This document shows, piece after piece, positions 40,014 through 48,936 of a DNA stretch of 64,000 nt (positions are counted from its first letter, which is position 1; every line of letters begins with the position of its first letter). Source of the stretch: a virus; the IMG/VR virus record IMGVR_UViG_3300045988_171725, positions 64,001-128,000 of that record; one strand, given 5' to 3'. The notes beneath the pieces are model-generated. The model worked only from the letters and a program-made list of their open reading frames with translations, was not told the origin of the DNA and ran no database searches. The translations under genes and the position numbers were made by a program.

Positions 40014-41595
40014 AGCAAAAACAGAACAAGAATATAAAAATGAAATAGTGAAATTTAATGTAGAGCTTTTAGAGCCGTATAAAAATAACCATACGGCTCT
40101 AAGACATAGATGCTTGTCTTGTGGAAATGAATGGATGATTACACCGCACAACATTTTAAGTGGGCACGGTTGCCCAAAATGTTCGCATAAAAAATCGAAA
40201 GAAGAAATGGAAATGCTCAAAAATAATTTCATAAATTCTCTTTCTGAACAGAAGAGACAGACTATAGAATTAATGGAAGAATTTAAAGGCGTTGAACATC
40301 CAATTCTTTTTAGATGTAAAATATGTGGGAACACATGGAAACGGCGCCCGCTTGAAATTAAAAGCAGAAAATATCCATGTATACATTGCGAATTAAATAG
40401 ACGCAAACAATTAAGACAGAAAACAAAACAAGATAACAAAAAGATAAATGAAAAAAGATTAGAGGAAAAATTAAAGGAAAGGACAATTGCTGCCGAACAA
40501 AAATTTATTAAAAGGATATCGACTTTAAATCCCAATGTAGAGTACATAAGTGATTTTCAATTGGGAGCCAAGAAAGCTAAATTTAAATGTAAAACGTGCG
40601 GATATATTTGGTGTGCTTTGAAGGGCAATATTTTAAAAGGAAGCGGATGCCCAAAATGTAAGAAAAGATACAAATTGACTACTGAGGAATATGCCGAAAA
40701 AATTAAAAATTCGAACATAACACCCATAGAAGATTTTATTGGTCGTCATACGAAAATTAAACATCGTTGTGGTGTTTGTGGGTATGAATGGAGTGCTTAT
40801 CCTGGTAATATTTTAAAAGGGAGTTGCTGTCCAGTGTGCAGGAAAGCTAATGCAAAGAACTCAAAACTAAAATCGCACGAAAAATATGTTCAAGATGCGA
40901 GTCAAAAAAATAGTACAGTCGATGTGATCGGAACGTATGTTAACACCAAAACAAAAATTTTACATCGATGCAAGATATGCGGTAAGGAATTTTATATAGC
41001 ACCAAGCAGCGTTTTGCGTGGGTGTGGTTGTAAAGAGTGTGGGTATAAGCGGGTTATTCAGAAAAAAATAGATTTGAATTTACCTGGATGCCCGAAACCG
41101 AAAGAAAAGTATATTGAACAATTAGCGATTAAAAACCCAAGCGTGAAGTTGGTTGGAGATTATACAAAACAAAGTGCCTATGCAACCTTTCGATGTATTA
41201 AATGTGGACATATATGGAGCGCGTTGGCAGGGAATGTTTTAGGGGGTTGTGGATGCCCAAAATGCAATGTCTCTAAAGGAGAAGAAAAGATCAAGACATA
41301 TTTATCTTTGAAAAATATTAGTTTTGAAGTACAAAAAACATTCGGCGGTTGTAAAAAGAAACGACTGATGAAGTTTGATTTTTATCTTCCCGATTATAAT
41401 TTGTGCATAGAGTACGACGGGGAGCAACATTTTAAGCCATTAAAGCATTTTGGTGGTGAAAAAGACTTGACAGAAAGGCAAGAAAATGATAAAATAAAAA
41501 CGAACTATTGTTTAGAAAATAGAATTTCATTATTGCGCATTCGATATGATGAAAACATCGAACAGGCTTTAGATTTGTTTTTTTCTAAATTTTAA
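40006..41595 (+). CDS. free-standing homing-endonuclease-like protein (6 zinc ribbons plus PD-(D/E)xK-like nuclease)
   Basis: Six repeats of (H/F)RCxxCGxxW...P.N(I/V)L.G.GCPKC. The C-terminal GEEKIKTYL...FDFYLPDYNLCIEYDGEQHF is paralogous to the intron 3 ORF. Confidence 0.7.
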   Translation: MPKAKTEQEYKNEIVKFNVELLEPYKNNHTALRHRCLSCGNEWMITPHNILSGHGCPKCSHKKSKEEMEMLKNNFINSLSEQKRQTIELMEEFKGVEHPILFRCKICGNTWKRRPLEIKSRKYPCIHCELNRRKQLRQKTKQDNKKINEKRLEEKLKERTIAAEQKFIKRISTLNPNVEYISDFQLGAKKAKFKCKTCGYIWCALKGNILKGSGCPKCKKRYKLTTEEYAEKIKNSNITPIEDFIGRHTKIKHRCGVCGYEWSAYPGNILKGSCCPVCRKANAKNSKLKSHEKYVQDASQKNSTVDVIGTYVNTKTKILHRCKICGKEFYIAPSSVLRGCGCKECGYKRVIQKKIDLNLPGCPKPKEKYIEQLAIKNPSVKLVGDYTKQSAYATFRCIKCGHIWSALAGNVLGGCGCPKCNVSKGEEKIKTYLSLKNISFEVQKTFGGCKKKRLMKFDFYLPDYNLCIEYDGEQHFKPLKHFGGEKDLTERQENDKIKTNYCLENRISLLRIRYDENIEQALDLFFSKF

Positions 41596-41625
41596 TATTA
41601 AAGAATTCCCGCCAAAGGAGACAAA

Positions 41626-41817
41626 ATGAAAAAACGCAAATCAAATGGCGAAAAAATATTTATTTCATCTTATGATGGAGCGACCGCCGAAGAAGTAGAA
41701 CCTGGAAAATACAGGATAAAAATAGAGTTTTCTTTTCCGAAATTTGAATTGAGCGGAGAGATAGACATCAAAGATTTATTAGAAGATTCAGGACGGCTAA
41801 AAAAGGAGACAAAATAA
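41626..41817 (+). CDS. hypothetical protein (63 aa)
   Basis: AAAGGAG RBS. Confidence 0.45.
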   Translation: MKKRKSNGEKIFISSYDGATAEEVEPGKYRIKIEFSFPKFELSGEIDIKDLLEDSGRLKKETK

Positions 41818-42824
41818 TGGCAGTTAAAAAACCAACAAGATTTTCATACAGTAGATTAAACCAAATGGAGAATTGTCCGTTTGCCTACTACTTAAAATAC
41901 GAGCAAAAACACTTCCCCAAAGACAGTGCCTTAACAATGGAGTACGGCAATTTGTGCCATTACATTCTCGAAACAATTGGTAATTGCATAAAAGACGGTA
42001 AAGAAATTCCATATGAAAAACTCACAGAGGATTTTTGGAACATCGAATTACACACCCAAGAAAACGGGAAGAAAAAAGAGGATATTCTCGGTGCTAATCT
42101 TCTCGCTAAGAAATATCCCGAAGCGTGGGTAAAACCCAGCCGCGCAGGGAAAACTTACGCAGAAAAGGCAAAATACTTCGCGGCGATTGGAATGTATCGT
42201 TTGGAATGGTATATACAGGATCACCCCGAGCTTGAAATTGTTGGTTGCGAAGTTCCATTCGAGTTTAAATATAACGATAATTACACATTTTTCGGATATA
42301 TTGACCGTTTGTTTAAAGTTAAAGGGCAAAATAAATACGTAATTCACGATATAAAGACCAAGGACAAAGAGTTCAGAAAAGAGGATTTAGCGACGCCGTT
42401 ACAGTTCGTGATTTACGTTTTATCACAGCAAAAGGTCTACGGTGAAGACGCAGAGTTTGAATGTTGTTACGATTTACCTTTCGCAGGTGAAGACGGCGTT
42501 TGGCAGTCGGCGTTGACAAAGGGTGGAATAAAGCGCGGGCTTGCAAAAATCGACAAGCTTTTTACAAAAATCGAAAACCAAGAGTGGAAGCCGTCGCCGA
42601 GCATTTTGTGCGCTTGGTGCCCGTTTAGCGCAAATAACCCCGATCAACCCGAAGATTGTAAGAATTTGTGTTGTTATTATAATCTTTCCACGCAAGACGA
42701 GTTTGATACTTATCACGTTAAAATGGAATGGAAAGGAATGGATAAACACTTTATTCAGATGAAGAAATTCACAGCATTGCAAGCGATCGATGAAGCAATT
42801 GACGACGACGATTTCGAGATTTAA
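41817..42824 (+). CDS. Cas4/RecB-like PD-(D/E)xK exonuclease with a 4-Cys cluster
   Basis: An N-terminal Cys (MENCPFAYYLKY), the nuclease core GYIDRLFKV...YVIHDIKTKD, and the C-terminal CAWCPF...C..LC. The protein ends in the acidic tail DDDDFEI. Confidence 0.7.
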   Translation: MAVKKPTRFSYSRLNQMENCPFAYYLKYEQKHFPKDSALTMEYGNLCHYILETIGNCIKDGKEIPYEKLTEDFWNIELHTQENGKKKEDILGANLLAKKYPEAWVKPSRAGKTYAEKAKYFAAIGMYRLEWYIQDHPELEIVGCEVPFEFKYNDNYTFFGYIDRLFKVKGQNKYVIHDIKTKDKEFRKEDLATPLQFVIYVLSQQKVYGEDAEFECCYDLPFAGEDGVWQSALTKGGIKRGLAKIDKLFTKIENQEWKPSPSILCAWCPFSANNPDQPEDCKNLCCYYNLSTQDEFDTYHVKMEWKGMDKHFIQMKKFTALQAIDEAIDDDDFEI

Positions 42825-42832
42825 GGAGAATT

Positions 42833-42970
42833 ATGGAGGAGCAAAGGTTAATATCGTATGGTGACACGGTTAAATTCGAAATCGCTGAAGAGGAGACAAA
42901 TGGCGGCGCAGTCGCGTTTGAAATCAACGCAGAAGAATTATTTACGATTAATGATTTAAAGGAGGAATAA
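42833..42970 (+). CDS. hypothetical small acidic protein (45 aa)
   Basis: AAGGAG RBS then ATG 42833. It is below the ORF-track size cut-off. Confidence 0.4.
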   Translation: MEEQRLISYGDTVKFEIAEEETNGGAVAFEINAEELFTINDLKEE

Positions 42971-43118
42971 AATGGAAATATTGGCTTATCGAAGACGGCT
43001 CGCTTGACGTCGACGAATTACAACAGTTCATCGACGAAAACAACTTAAAGATAAAGATAATTGTTTATCGGCAAGGTGCAACAAAACCTGAATTAAAGAA
43101 TTTTTAAGAGGTATAAAA

Positions 43119-43424
43119 ATGATAATTGATTATATCGGCCAAGAACTGATTTGGAATTTAACCGCGACACACCCATACAAACAAAATCGCGGCAATTATA
43201 TCATAGGGATAAATTGCAAAACCCCGAAACAGAACAAAGACGCCGTTCATTTTTTGAAGTCTCATCTCGGCAATAAACTCTTGACCGTAGAAACTCGAAA
43301 ATACATCGATAAAAATACGGGGTTGGAATGCGTTCTTGTTAATACAATATCCGTTCCCGACGCGTTTGGCGGGTTTGGAGAAGTGATTCTTATGAATGAA
43401 TTCGCAAGGGAGATCAAACAATGA
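43119..43424 (+). CDS. hypothetical protein (101 aa)
   Basis: AGAGG RBS. Confidence 0.45.
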   Translation: MIIDYIGQELIWNLTATHPYKQNRGNYIIGINCKTPKQNKDAVHFLKSHLGNKLLTVETRKYIDKNTGLECVLVNTISVPDAFGGFGEVILMNEFAREIKQ

Positions 43425-43762
43425 ATAAGCAAAAAGTTATGGAAATAAACAAAGAATTCGTGAAATTAGTCGCAGAAAACCCTGAATTGCCGATTAAGGT
43501 TTTTATAGATGGTAATTGCGTAGAAGATGAGGAATGGGTAGTAAGCGAAATTTACGATTGTAAAGTCACCGAAATAACGGAATACAGAGGCAAGTGTTAC
43601 GAAAGGGATGATTCCGATTGGTTAAAAGAGATAATCTCTAACAAGGTTTGCGACGAGCCTGAATACGTAAATCTCACTGACGAAGAGTTCGATAAAGCAA
43701 TGGAAGAAAAAGTGGAATGGCTCGGCTGGGAAAGAGTAATTTTGTTAAAGGTGAGCGTATGA
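43421..43762 (+). CDS. hypothetical acidic protein (113 aa)
   Basis: ATGA overlap with the upstream gene. Confidence 0.45.
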   Translation: MNKQKVMEINKEFVKLVAENPELPIKVFIDGNCVEDEEWVVSEIYDCKVTEITEYRGKCYERDDSDWLKEIISNKVCDEPEYVNLTDEEFDKAMEEKVEWLGWERVILLKVSV

Positions 43763-44049
43763 GTGAACACAAAGAATTAGTCACCCCCGATGAAATTGAA
43801 AAGCTTATTGCAGAATTTCCAATCAAAATCGGACAGCGCGTTTGGTTCGTAACCTATTACGACAGTAAATCTTTGAGAGATGCGTGGATTTGTTCTGGAG
43901 TAGTTTTAGCAGTCACAATTACAGCAAATGGGATTTATGTAAAATTTAAAGATTCTTATGAACATAATAAAACTTACAAACTTGGCAAATCGGTATTTTT
44001 AACAAAAGAAGAAGCTGAAGAAAGATTAAAAGATTTCTTGACACAATAA
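43759..44049 (+). CDS. hypothetical protein (96 aa)
   Basis: ATG 43759 overlaps the upstream stop. The listed start at 43717 is an extension. Confidence 0.45.
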   Translation: MSEHKELVTPDEIEKLIAEFPIKIGQRVWFVTYYDSKSLRDAWICSGVVLAVTITANGIYVKFKDSYEHNKTYKLGKSVFLTKEEAEERLKDFLTQ

Positions 44050-44076
44050 AATTTATATTTCACCCCGTTAAAACAG

Positions 44077-44105
44077 TTGACAAATGAATTTTAATATGTT
44101 ATAAT
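44077..44105 (+). promoter_or_regulatory. early promoter P4
   Basis: TTGACA 44077-44082, 17-nt spacer, TATAAT 44100-44105. The spacer is almost identical to that of P1 (AATGAATTTT..ATGT). Confidence 0.7.
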
Positions 44106-44150
44106 TTAATTACAAAAAATAAATAAGGCGAAAGCCAAAGGAGCAAATCT

Positions 44151-44753
44151 ATGATGGAAAATATGTTTAATGGCATGTTTGGCAAGGTCGCAAACGGTAT
44201 GTGCCGTTTGTCTATGAACGGAGGGATCGCGGTTAAAACTTCAGGCGGGTACAAAACGTACAACGTTGAAAAGAAAAGATTAACTAATTGTGATAACTTC
44301 GTATTTAACATCGGAGAAGAATTCTTCTTCGTTATTCCCACAAACAAAGTGGCAATCGGAGATATCATTCTTGTGGCGGGCAAACCGAAATGCGTTATCA
44401 AAGCTGATGGCGAAACTATTAAAGTTATCAATTACGAAGATTCGACCGTGGAAGATATTTTGCCCGAAAGACACGTATTTATGGGAGAAACGTACTTCTA
44501 TGGAAAAATTGTTTCGATGTTTGGGCAAAATTTCATGAAAGGCAAGAAAGGAATGAACAAATTTATGTCCTATATGATGATGTCTGAAATGATGAAAGGA
44601 ATGAATGGGAGTTCCTCTTCGATGAACAATATGCTTCCTTTTATGATGATGGGCGGCAATTTGGGTGATATGTTTGGCGATATGTTTGATGGCACGATGG
44701 ATTTTGGAAGTCTAATTGGCGATAACGAAGAAAACGAAGAAGAGGAGAAATAA
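44151..44753 (+). CDS. Met/Gly-rich protein with an acidic tail (200 aa)
   Basis: AGGAG RBS. The C-terminal third reads MNKFMSYMMMSEMMKGMNGSSSSMNNMLPFMMMGGNLGDMFGDMFDG...ENEEEEK. Confidence 0.5.
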   Translation: MMENMFNGMFGKVANGMCRLSMNGGIAVKTSGGYKTYNVEKKRLTNCDNFVFNIGEEFFFVIPTNKVAIGDIILVAGKPKCVIKADGETIKVINYEDSTVEDILPERHVFMGETYFYGKIVSMFGQNFMKGKKGMNKFMSYMMMSEMMKGMNGSSSSMNNMLPFMMMGGNLGDMFGDMFDGTMDFGSLIGDNEENEEEEK

Positions 44754-44755
44754 TT

Positions 44756-45643
44756 ATGGGTGGTGGTAGCTGGACTACAAGTTCGTATACATCTTATACG
44801 AAAACAAAAGGGATTAAAACTTCATGTTTAGCCGATGGGACCGTTACTCTCGATTCTTCTTACGATGTCCAAGATCTTTATAAGGCGAGAAAACTCGACG
44901 AAGCACTTGATCCAAAGGGCGTTGTTAGAGAATGCGTGGATAGCGATGAACATCCAAATACTATCCCTGTAATTCTTGCACTTGATGTTACGGGGAGTAT
45001 GGGGAGTGCCCTTGAGGAAGTTTCAAAGAAACTCAACGCCATTATGACTGAAACATATAAGAAAGTAAAAGATGTCGAGTTTCTTGTGATGGGAATCGGA
45101 GACCTTGCGTATGACGATGCACCTATTCAGGCTTCTCAATTCGAATCCGATATTAGAATAGTGGAGCAACTTGATAAAGTTTATTTTGAACGTGGTGGCG
45201 GTGGTAATCAATACGAATCCTATACGGCAGCTTGGTATTTTGCCATTAACCAAACGAAGTTGGATGCTTGGAAACGCGGCAAGAAAGGTATTTTAATTAC
45301 TCTCGGAGACGAACCTCTTAATCCGTACTTACCAAAAGAAGCTCTCAAAAGGGTGACTGGCAACGAAACGCTGCAAGGGGACGTTGAAACAAAAGAACTA
45401 TATAATGAAGTAATCAAAAAATACGATGTTTATCATTTTGCGATTAACGATAACCATACTTGTTATAGATATTATAGAGACGGTATCAAAGAAACTTGGG
45501 GAAAGTATCTTGATAACAATCACCTCAAAGTCGTTACTTTGAACGAGCTTGCGGCACAAATCGTAAGTGCTATTGTAGAATCTTCCGATTCGGTTATTAG
45601 CGAGACGGGAGCTTGTACTTCTACTGATGGGATTTCTTGGTAA
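44756..45643 (+). CDS. von Willebrand factor A (vWA) domain protein
   Basis: MIDAS-type VILALDVTGSMG (DxTGS) in a Rossmann-like alternating pattern. Confidence 0.65.
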   Translation: MGGGSWTTSSYTSYTKTKGIKTSCLADGTVTLDSSYDVQDLYKARKLDEALDPKGVVRECVDSDEHPNTIPVILALDVTGSMGSALEEVSKKLNAIMTETYKKVKDVEFLVMGIGDLAYDDAPIQASQFESDIRIVEQLDKVYFERGGGGNQYESYTAAWYFAINQTKLDAWKRGKKGILITLGDEPLNPYLPKEALKRVTGNETLQGDVETKELYNEVIKKYDVYHFAINDNHTCYRYYRDGIKETWGKYLDNNHLKVVTLNELAAQIVSAIVESSDSVISETGACTSTDGISW

Positions 45644-45649
45644 AATTTT

Positions 45650-46831
45650 ATGAATGTTAAAATTGTAATAGGATCTAATTATGGAGACGAAGGGAAAGGG
45701 TTAGCCTCTCGTTACTTCGCCCAAAAAGCTGAAGGAAGTTGTTTAACTGTTTTGCACAATGGGGGTGCACAAAGAGGGCACACCGTTGATTATTTGGAAG
45801 GCAAGAGATTCGTATATCATCATCTCGCTTGTGGAACTGCAGATGGGAGCGATACTTATTTTGAGCAAAACTTCATAGTTAATCCTATTCTTTTTAACAG
45901 AGAGGTTGAAGAGCTTGAAAAAATAGGCATTCGTAATTATAGCGTGTTTATTTCACCTCATTGCAGAGTAACTACTCCATACGATATGATACTCAACCAA
46001 ATGGTTGAACGGGCACGAGGTGGTCAAAAACACGGTTCTTGCGGAGTTGGAATTTTTGAAACTATAAAGAGATATGAAAGTTCTGAATATAATAAAACCT
46101 TTTCCGAGATGAAGAATATGACCGATTTGGAATTATTCAGATATATCGAAGAAATCTCTAAGGCGTATTTATTCAGTAAAATTGAAGAATATAAAATTCC
46201 GAGAAATATTTCTGACGATTATTTGCCTTCAATTACTTCTCGTAGATTTTTGAGCGATTACATTATAGATTTTCGTTTAATGGCATCTGAGATAGCAGAA
46301 GCAGAGCCGCAGGACTTATATAGGAATTATAATACTCTCATATTCGAGGGAGCGCAGGGACTTGCTTTAGATATGGATAATAAAGACAATTTTCCTTATC
46401 TGACGCCAAGCAAAACGGGTTGTTATAATCCACAGAAATCTCTTGAAAAATGTGGGGAAACTCCTTTCAATATCGAGTTATGCTATGTTACAAGGACATA
46501 CTTCACTCGACATGGAGCAGGTCCGTTCCCCACAGAATGTAAAAAAGAAGAAATTAACGAACAAATCGAAGATAAGACGAATGTCTCCAACCCATATCAA
46601 GATAGCATAAGATATGGAAAATTCGATATAACAGCATTTTTGAATAGAGTTAAATCAGATAAAGCCACATTCCCTTATCATCATATCTCTACGTGTTTTA
46701 TCACGCATAATAATTACGTGGATTTCGAAAGCTCTGAAATTGAAGAACAACTTACGTCAAATTTTCATTTTTTATATTTTTCAAGAGATAAGTTCGGAAG
46801 AAAAATAACAACGAAAAGAGGTATAAAATGA
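45650..46831 (+). CDS. divergent adenylosuccinate synthetase (PurA/PurZ-like) homolog
   Basis: PurA motifs are present: GSNYGDEGKG (P-loop), GGAQRGHTV (GGxxxGHT), FEGAQG and TRHGAGPFPTE. The IMP-binding blocks diverge: GSCGVGI replaces GTTGRGIGP, and there is no GATTGRRRR. Confidence 0.7.
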   Translation: MNVKIVIGSNYGDEGKGLASRYFAQKAEGSCLTVLHNGGAQRGHTVDYLEGKRFVYHHLACGTADGSDTYFEQNFIVNPILFNREVEELEKIGIRNYSVFISPHCRVTTPYDMILNQMVERARGGQKHGSCGVGIFETIKRYESSEYNKTFSEMKNMTDLELFRYIEEISKAYLFSKIEEYKIPRNISDDYLPSITSRRFLSDYIIDFRLMASEIAEAEPQDLYRNYNTLIFEGAQGLALDMDNKDNFPYLTPSKTGCYNPQKSLEKCGETPFNIELCYVTRTYFTRHGAGPFPTECKKEEINEQIEDKTNVSNPYQDSIRYGKFDITAFLNRVKSDKATFPYHHISTCFITHNNYVDFESSEIEEQLTSNFHFLYFSRDKFGRKITTKRGIK

Positions 46832-47085
46832 CATTAAGAGATTTTTTAAATTCTAAAATAAGATCATATGAAATTTGCCTCATTTATGCACACTACTCGA
46901 CGGTCGCTATTTCGTGGATATTCGAAGAATCGTTTTCGGCAATTCCTGAAAAATACCTAAATTGGACAGTGAAAGGCGACGAATGGGTGGAGCATACAAC
47001 CATAAAACAGGGTGGTTTACCGCAACGCACATGGTTTCATGAAATCACAATAGAGGAAAGCAAAAATGAAAGCACCTTATTTTAA
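46828..47085 (+). CDS. hypothetical protein (85 aa)
   Basis: ATGA overlap with the purA-like gene. Confidence 0.4.
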   Translation: MTLRDFLNSKIRSYEICLIYAHYSTVAISWIFEESFSAIPEKYLNWTVKGDEWVEHTTIKQGGLPQRTWFHEITIEESKNESTLF

Positions 47086-47443
47086 AAAGACAACTGATAG
47101 CGCGGGGAATGAATGGGTTGACGCACAGGATATTTTTCAATACACCGATGAGTTCGGCCCGTTTTTCAACAAGTGGTATCAGTTCATCGTCAGGAAATGC
47201 GAACAATTGAATTATTATAATAACCACACGTCAACCGCTTATGGCAATCCCGACCTTTCGTGGTTAATCGGCTTTTGTTCGGGGTGGATAACAGCAAGAA
47301 ATTGTTATGAAGATTTCAAAGATAACGTTTGTTATATCAAAGATTCACGCGATAAAACGATTATGAAATTCGACGTTCCAAAAATTTCTGAAACAGAGCG
47401 AGAAACCCGAAAGAAAATCGATGAACTTTGGGAGAATATATGA
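47066..47443 (+). CDS. hypothetical protein (125 aa)
   Basis: GGAAAG RBS-like sequence. The ORF is intact. Confidence 0.45.
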   Translation: MKAPYFKKTTDSAGNEWVDAQDIFQYTDEFGPFFNKWYQFIVRKCEQLNYYNNHTSTAYGNPDLSWLIGFCSGWITARNCYEDFKDNVCYIKDSRDKTIMKFDVPKISETERETRKKIDELWENI

Positions 47444-47480
47444 TGAATGAAAAAGCAAAACAAATATTGGAGAGATAATT

Positions 47481-47900
47481 ATGAGTTGGAGAGATATATC
47501 AGTAATTAATTCAGAACATCTAAAAACTATAGTAAGTTACCTTTATCAACTGAAGTGTAAATTAAATGATTCAAAAACTACTTTGGAGAGTGATGAGTTG
47601 TTTGCTTCTTGGGAAGATTATGATAATTTTAAATATCTCATCGAACGGTCTAAAGATTTTTATAATCTTGTGTTTAACATAGAAGAAATAAAAGTCAGAG
47701 ATGAACATTATTCTTTATGGTGCAATAAATTAATAATAGCGTTTGAAGATGACAAAAAAATAATTTTAAATTGCGAAGGAAAGTTTACAGTGGCAGAAAG
47801 ACAGACTCTCGTACTAAACTATGCAGAGGCAGAAAATAAAAGATTAAAAGAAGAGATTGAAAAATTAAAATTAGAATTATCTAAGTATAAAAGGAACTGA
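47481..47900 (+). CDS. hypothetical protein with a C-terminal coiled coil (139 aa)
   Basis: GGAGAG RBS. Confidence 0.45.
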   Translation: MSWRDISVINSEHLKTIVSYLYQLKCKLNDSKTTLESDELFASWEDYDNFKYLIERSKDFYNLVFNIEEIKVRDEHYSLWCNKLIIAFEDDKKIILNCEGKFTVAERQTLVLNYAEAENKRLKEEIEKLKLELSKYKRN

Positions 47901-47903
47901 CAC

Positions 47904-48245
47904 ATGGATGATATAGAATTAGCAAGAGATTTATTTGAAACAACGCCTGGACCATGCAATTTAGGTAATTGTTTTGAATGTAGGTACTTTAATAAAGATA
48001 ATATTTGTATAGAGTTAAAACAAGCTGAAAGTTTGGTTGCTAGAGGTTATCAAAAAATCAAGTGGCATAAAATTACTGATGAGAAAATTCCGTTAGAAGA
48101 TGGCAAAGATGTACTCGTCATCGACGATTATGGGAATTATTGGGTTGCTAAATACGTCAAAGCAACTAACTGGTTTGCAATATACGAAATGGATTGGCCT
48201 TACAAATTTATTGCATGGACCGAATTGCCGAAATTTAATAAATAA
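47904..48245 (+). CDS. DUF551-like phage protein
   Basis: ...KWHKITDEKIPLEDGKDVLV...FIAWTELPKFNK. This is the second member of the family in the window. Confidence 0.4.
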   Translation: MDDIELARDLFETTPGPCNLGNCFECRYFNKDNICIELKQAESLVARGYQKIKWHKITDEKIPLEDGKDVLVIDDYGNYWVAKYVKATNWFAIYEMDWPYKFIAWTELPKFNK

Positions 48246-48265
48246 AACAGTAATTTTAATGTATT

Positions 48266-48538
48266 ATGAAATTAGAAGAATTATTAAGAACATTTATAGG
48301 TATTGGAAGTTGGATCTATAGAATAAATTTATACGAAACGGATTCTAAGGGTAATACTAAATATATAACAGACCATCATATGATAGATTATTATATAGAT
48401 ATGAATAAATTCAAAGATTGGTTTGATATGAAGGTAGAAAATTGTTTCGTTACCCCTTATGGATACGGCAACAATATAGAAAACGGTATAAAAAGAGGAC
48501 TCGTAGATATATACGTAAAAGCGGAGGTGAAAATATGA
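48266..48538 (+). CDS. hypothetical protein (90 aa)
   Basis: Intact ORF with a weak RBS. Confidence 0.35.
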   Translation: MKLEELLRTFIGIGSWIYRINLYETDSKGNTKYITDHHMIDYYIDMNKFKDWFDMKVENCFVTPYGYGNNIENGIKRGLVDIYVKAEVKI

Positions 48539-48933
48539 AAAATAATATACCCGAAATCGGCAAAACATACGCCTTTTTCGATGACGGCAAAACAGGGCTC
48601 ACTCGTTGTTATAAAGCGATAGTTTTAGACATAATCCCGTCCAACGTTGTCGAGGAACTTTATCCAAAACTTTTCGCGGGTTGGAAAGAGAATCTTGAAA
48701 AAGCCAATTTCCTTTACGCGCCGATAACTGACTTTTTTATAAAATGCTCGATTCCGAATTACGCTTACAATAACGTATATTTCGTTAGAGACACAAAAGA
48801 CGGTTGGTTCTCGATTGATTACCCGCACGGTTGGATGAGCGGCTTGCTCGATGTTGATGGGGAATATGGAAGAAAGAACGATGTCCCGCCCGTAGATGAA
48901 TGGGTGGCTGGAAAAGATTATTTGGGAGATTAA
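48535..48933 (+). CDS. hypothetical protein (132 aa)
   Basis: GGAGGTG RBS then ATG 48535 (ATGA overlap). The listed start at 48442 is an extension. Confidence 0.45.
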   Translation: MKNNIPEIGKTYAFFDDGKTGLTRCYKAIVLDIIPSNVVEELYPKLFAGWKENLEKANFLYAPITDFFIKCSIPNYAYNNVYFVRDTKDGWFSIDYPHGWMSGLLDVDGEYGRKNDVPPVDEWVAGKDYLGD

Positions 48934-48936
48934 GTT

